This document shows, one piece after another, positions 18,234 through 20,000 of a stretch of 20,000 nt of DNA (the first letter of the stretch is position 1; the number at the start of each line of letters is the position of its first letter). Both the position numbers and the translations under genes were made by a program. Location of the stretch: contig JARQWU010000010.1 of NCBI GenBank assembly GCA_040182905.1, positions 48,947 to 68,946 of the forward strand, read 5' to 3'. The stretch is from Barthelona sp. PAP020 (taxonomy: Eukaryota). A model generated the notes under the pieces. That model saw nothing but the letters and a program-made list of their open reading frames with translations. It was not told the DNA's origin and ran no database searches.

Positions 18234-19265
18234 CTAAGGACAAGCATCCAATTCAACAATACTGTTTAAAATGGTATTATGAAGATCACAATCTTCAAAA
18301 CAGACAGCTCCTCCTCCTCTAACTCTTTGAGAAGTCATACGATTGATACCACCAATACAAACATAACAACCTTTCTTGGTAATACCATATTTAGAATGAT
18401 CTTTGGTGTAAGGATAAGCTAAAGATTTAGCAACTTCAGTAGGCCAATTCAATTTCATAATATTACGAACACTGAAACGTCCAGAACAAGAAGAGTCCAT
18501 CCTTGGTCTCATCCAAGTCTCAGTATACATATCATGTCCCAATTTAAGAGAAATGAGATCATCAAAAAGATCTTTACCCCATTTTTTATTTTTAGCAAAA
18601 TGATGCCATTTGCGTCCATCAGATGTCTTAAATTCATATTCTTTTGTGGTAGAGTCACTAACATATTCACCAGCAACCAATGAAACCAAAGATTTCAAAT
18701 CCTTGTCCCAATTAGTTCCTTTTTTAGATTCAAAAACATAGGGTCTGTACACCAATAATTGTTCAGCAACCTTATTAATTTCAGAACGAGGTAAAGTTAA
18801 ACAAACAAAAGATTGTCCATAAATAGCAGCATAATCAGGGAAAACATTATCACTAGCAGCAGCAGGATAACGTGGAACAGAATGAATTAACCAATATCCA
18901 TAACGAGATCCAACAGAAATTACTCCTTTGGCATGAGCATATTGGCTTCCAACGCTAACATCTAAAGGTTGATCATTATATAAAACATGACCATCAGACA
19001 TTCCACTCTTTAATCCATAAAGAGTGCGGAAAAGTGGATTGGTATTGGACTTTAAACTGTCATCAATAAGCTTCAAATCATGATTTGCATCCATATACAT
19101 GTATCCCATTCCTTCCTTAAGAGTACTCAAAGAACTCTTTGTCAGTTTGGGAGTTTTGAACATAACAAACCAAGGAACAGGTTGACCATTAATGCCAATA
19201 CATTGATGAACATCAGCCGCAATACTGATTCCAACAATAAGTAAGGATAACAACAAGAATTTCAT
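18234..19265 (-). CDS. DNASE2: Deoxyribonuclease II (acid DNase, PLD fold) with signal peptide, 343 aa
   Basis: Signal peptide MKFLLLSLLIVGISIA; PVPWFVMFK, LYNDQP, AHAKG, YWLIHSVPRYP, YGQSFVC, KDHSKY, CIGGINRMTSQRVRGGGAVC. Both HxK motifs present. Confidence 0.95.
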   Translation of the reverse strand: MKFLLLSLLIVGISIAADVHQCIGINGQPVPWFVMFKTPKLTKSSLSTLKEGMGYMYMDANHDLKLIDDSLKSNTNPLFRTLYGLKSGMSDGHVLYNDQPLDVSVGSQYAHAKGVISVGSRYGYWLIHSVPRYPAAASDNVFPDYAAIYGQSFVCLTLPRSEINKVAEQLLVYRPYVFESKKGTNWDKDLKSLVSLVAGEYVSDSTTKEYEFKTSDGRKWHHFAKNKKWGKDLFDDLISLKLGHDMYTETWMRPRMDSSCSGRFSVRNIMKLNWPTEVAKSLAYPYTKDHSKYGITKKGCYVCIGGINRMTSQRVRGGGAVCFEDCDLHNTILNSIVELDACP

Positions 19266-19532
19266 GTAAAAAAAAAAGTGAAGAAAACTCAAGAAGCATT
19301 TTCAAGAGATTGATTATCCTGATTTTTATCTTCCAAACGTATGATAGAAAGCAAAAATAAAACAGAATATTAAAAATTTACCACTATTTGAGAAAATGAC
19401 GAGACAAAGTTTTAAATGAATGATTTACCCTGATAGATGGAACATTAAGGCTCTGTTATGGTCAAACAACTATTTTTATGACTTAATTAAGAAACTTCAA
19501 TATTTAAAAAAAATGGTTCTTTTGTTTTTTTA

Positions 19533-20000
19533 ATGAGTAGACCATTAACTGCACCACCAAAGTCGCTCAATAATGACAAACAAACAATTTATGTTGCTGT
19601 GCGGTATGATATTATTTTTGAAAAATGCTAATTTACAAGTGTACGACCTGCAAATGAAATGGAAATCAATGGGAATTATCGAAATATAGTTTCAATTTTA
19701 GATGACAGAGTTTTATGTTTTGATCCACCACCTCAACCAGAGTTTACTCGACCATTAACTGCTCAACCAACCAAAATTAGAAGAAGAGGGAGTAGTAATT
19801 TACCTAAAAATGAATCAAAACGAGCTAAAGATATAAAATTCATGTTTGATTCAGTTATGGATACAGATACTGATCAAAGAACAGTTTATGAAAATACCGC
19901 CAAAAAATTAATTGAAGCTGTTTTATCTGGACATAATGGTACCATGTTTGCCTATGGAAGTACTGGATCAGGAAAAACGACAACAATGCTTGGAAATGAC
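19533..20000 (+). CDS. Kinesin-8 family motor (KIF18/KIF19/Kip3-like), 5' part only; exons 19533-19603 and 19640->end
   Basis: Not in the ORF track. Spliced translation IYVAVRVRP...IVSILDDRVLCFDP...KDIKFMFDSV...TDQRTVYE...MFAYGSTGSGKTTTMLG. The FDP motif with a long loop 2 is the kinesin-8 signature. Confidence 0.92.
19604..19639 (+). other. Spliceosomal intron, 36 nt
   Basis: GTATGA...TGCTAAT-TTACAAG; removal restores VAVRVRP. Confidence 0.93.

Noticed and set aside
18234..19265. DNase II as part of the cell-death module
   Set aside because: Separated from the pair by a housekeeping gene and on the opposite strand; a lysosomal digestive role is sufficient.
1..20000. Alternative genetic code, prokaryotic operons, CRISPR, tRNA/rRNA, transposase
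   Set aside because: TAA, TAG and TGA all end recognisable genes at sensible positions; genes are eukaryotic with introns; no repeat-spacer array, cloverleaf or transposase motif seen.

Overview
Very AT-rich, gene-dense eukaryotic DNA using the standard genetic code. Spacers between genes are as short as 22-24 nt and there are three well-supported 36-39 nt spliceosomal introns, consistent with a compact-genome protist (lineage cannot be fixed from sequence alone). Genes in order: a partial unknown protein, a divergent Skp1-like protein, a possible 62-66 aa microprotein, a 3-RRM protein, an ER-type FKBP, a DDX42-like DEAD-box helicase, an unknown 426-aa protein, an importin-9-like protein, two tandem paralogous kinase-fold genes, a GCP6-like gamma-tubulin complex protein, DNase II and the start of a kinesin-8. 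The most notable feature is the tandem pair at 10435-14612. Both proteins carry an N-terminal helical domain that aligns by eye with the MLKL four-helix-bundle killing domain. The first is a pseudokinase (Gly-loop lost, HRDxK->HRDxN, DFG->NFG), i.e. MLKL architecture. The second has an intact kinase plus about 9 ankyrin repeats. Together they are a candidate necroptosis-like sensor/executioner module in a unicellular eukaryote. Also notable: a roughly 0.5-0.9 kb non-coding region (2870-3817) with many nested helices (candidate ncRNA), a fixed branch-point-to-AG spacing in the introns, and a T-tract just before essentially every start codon.
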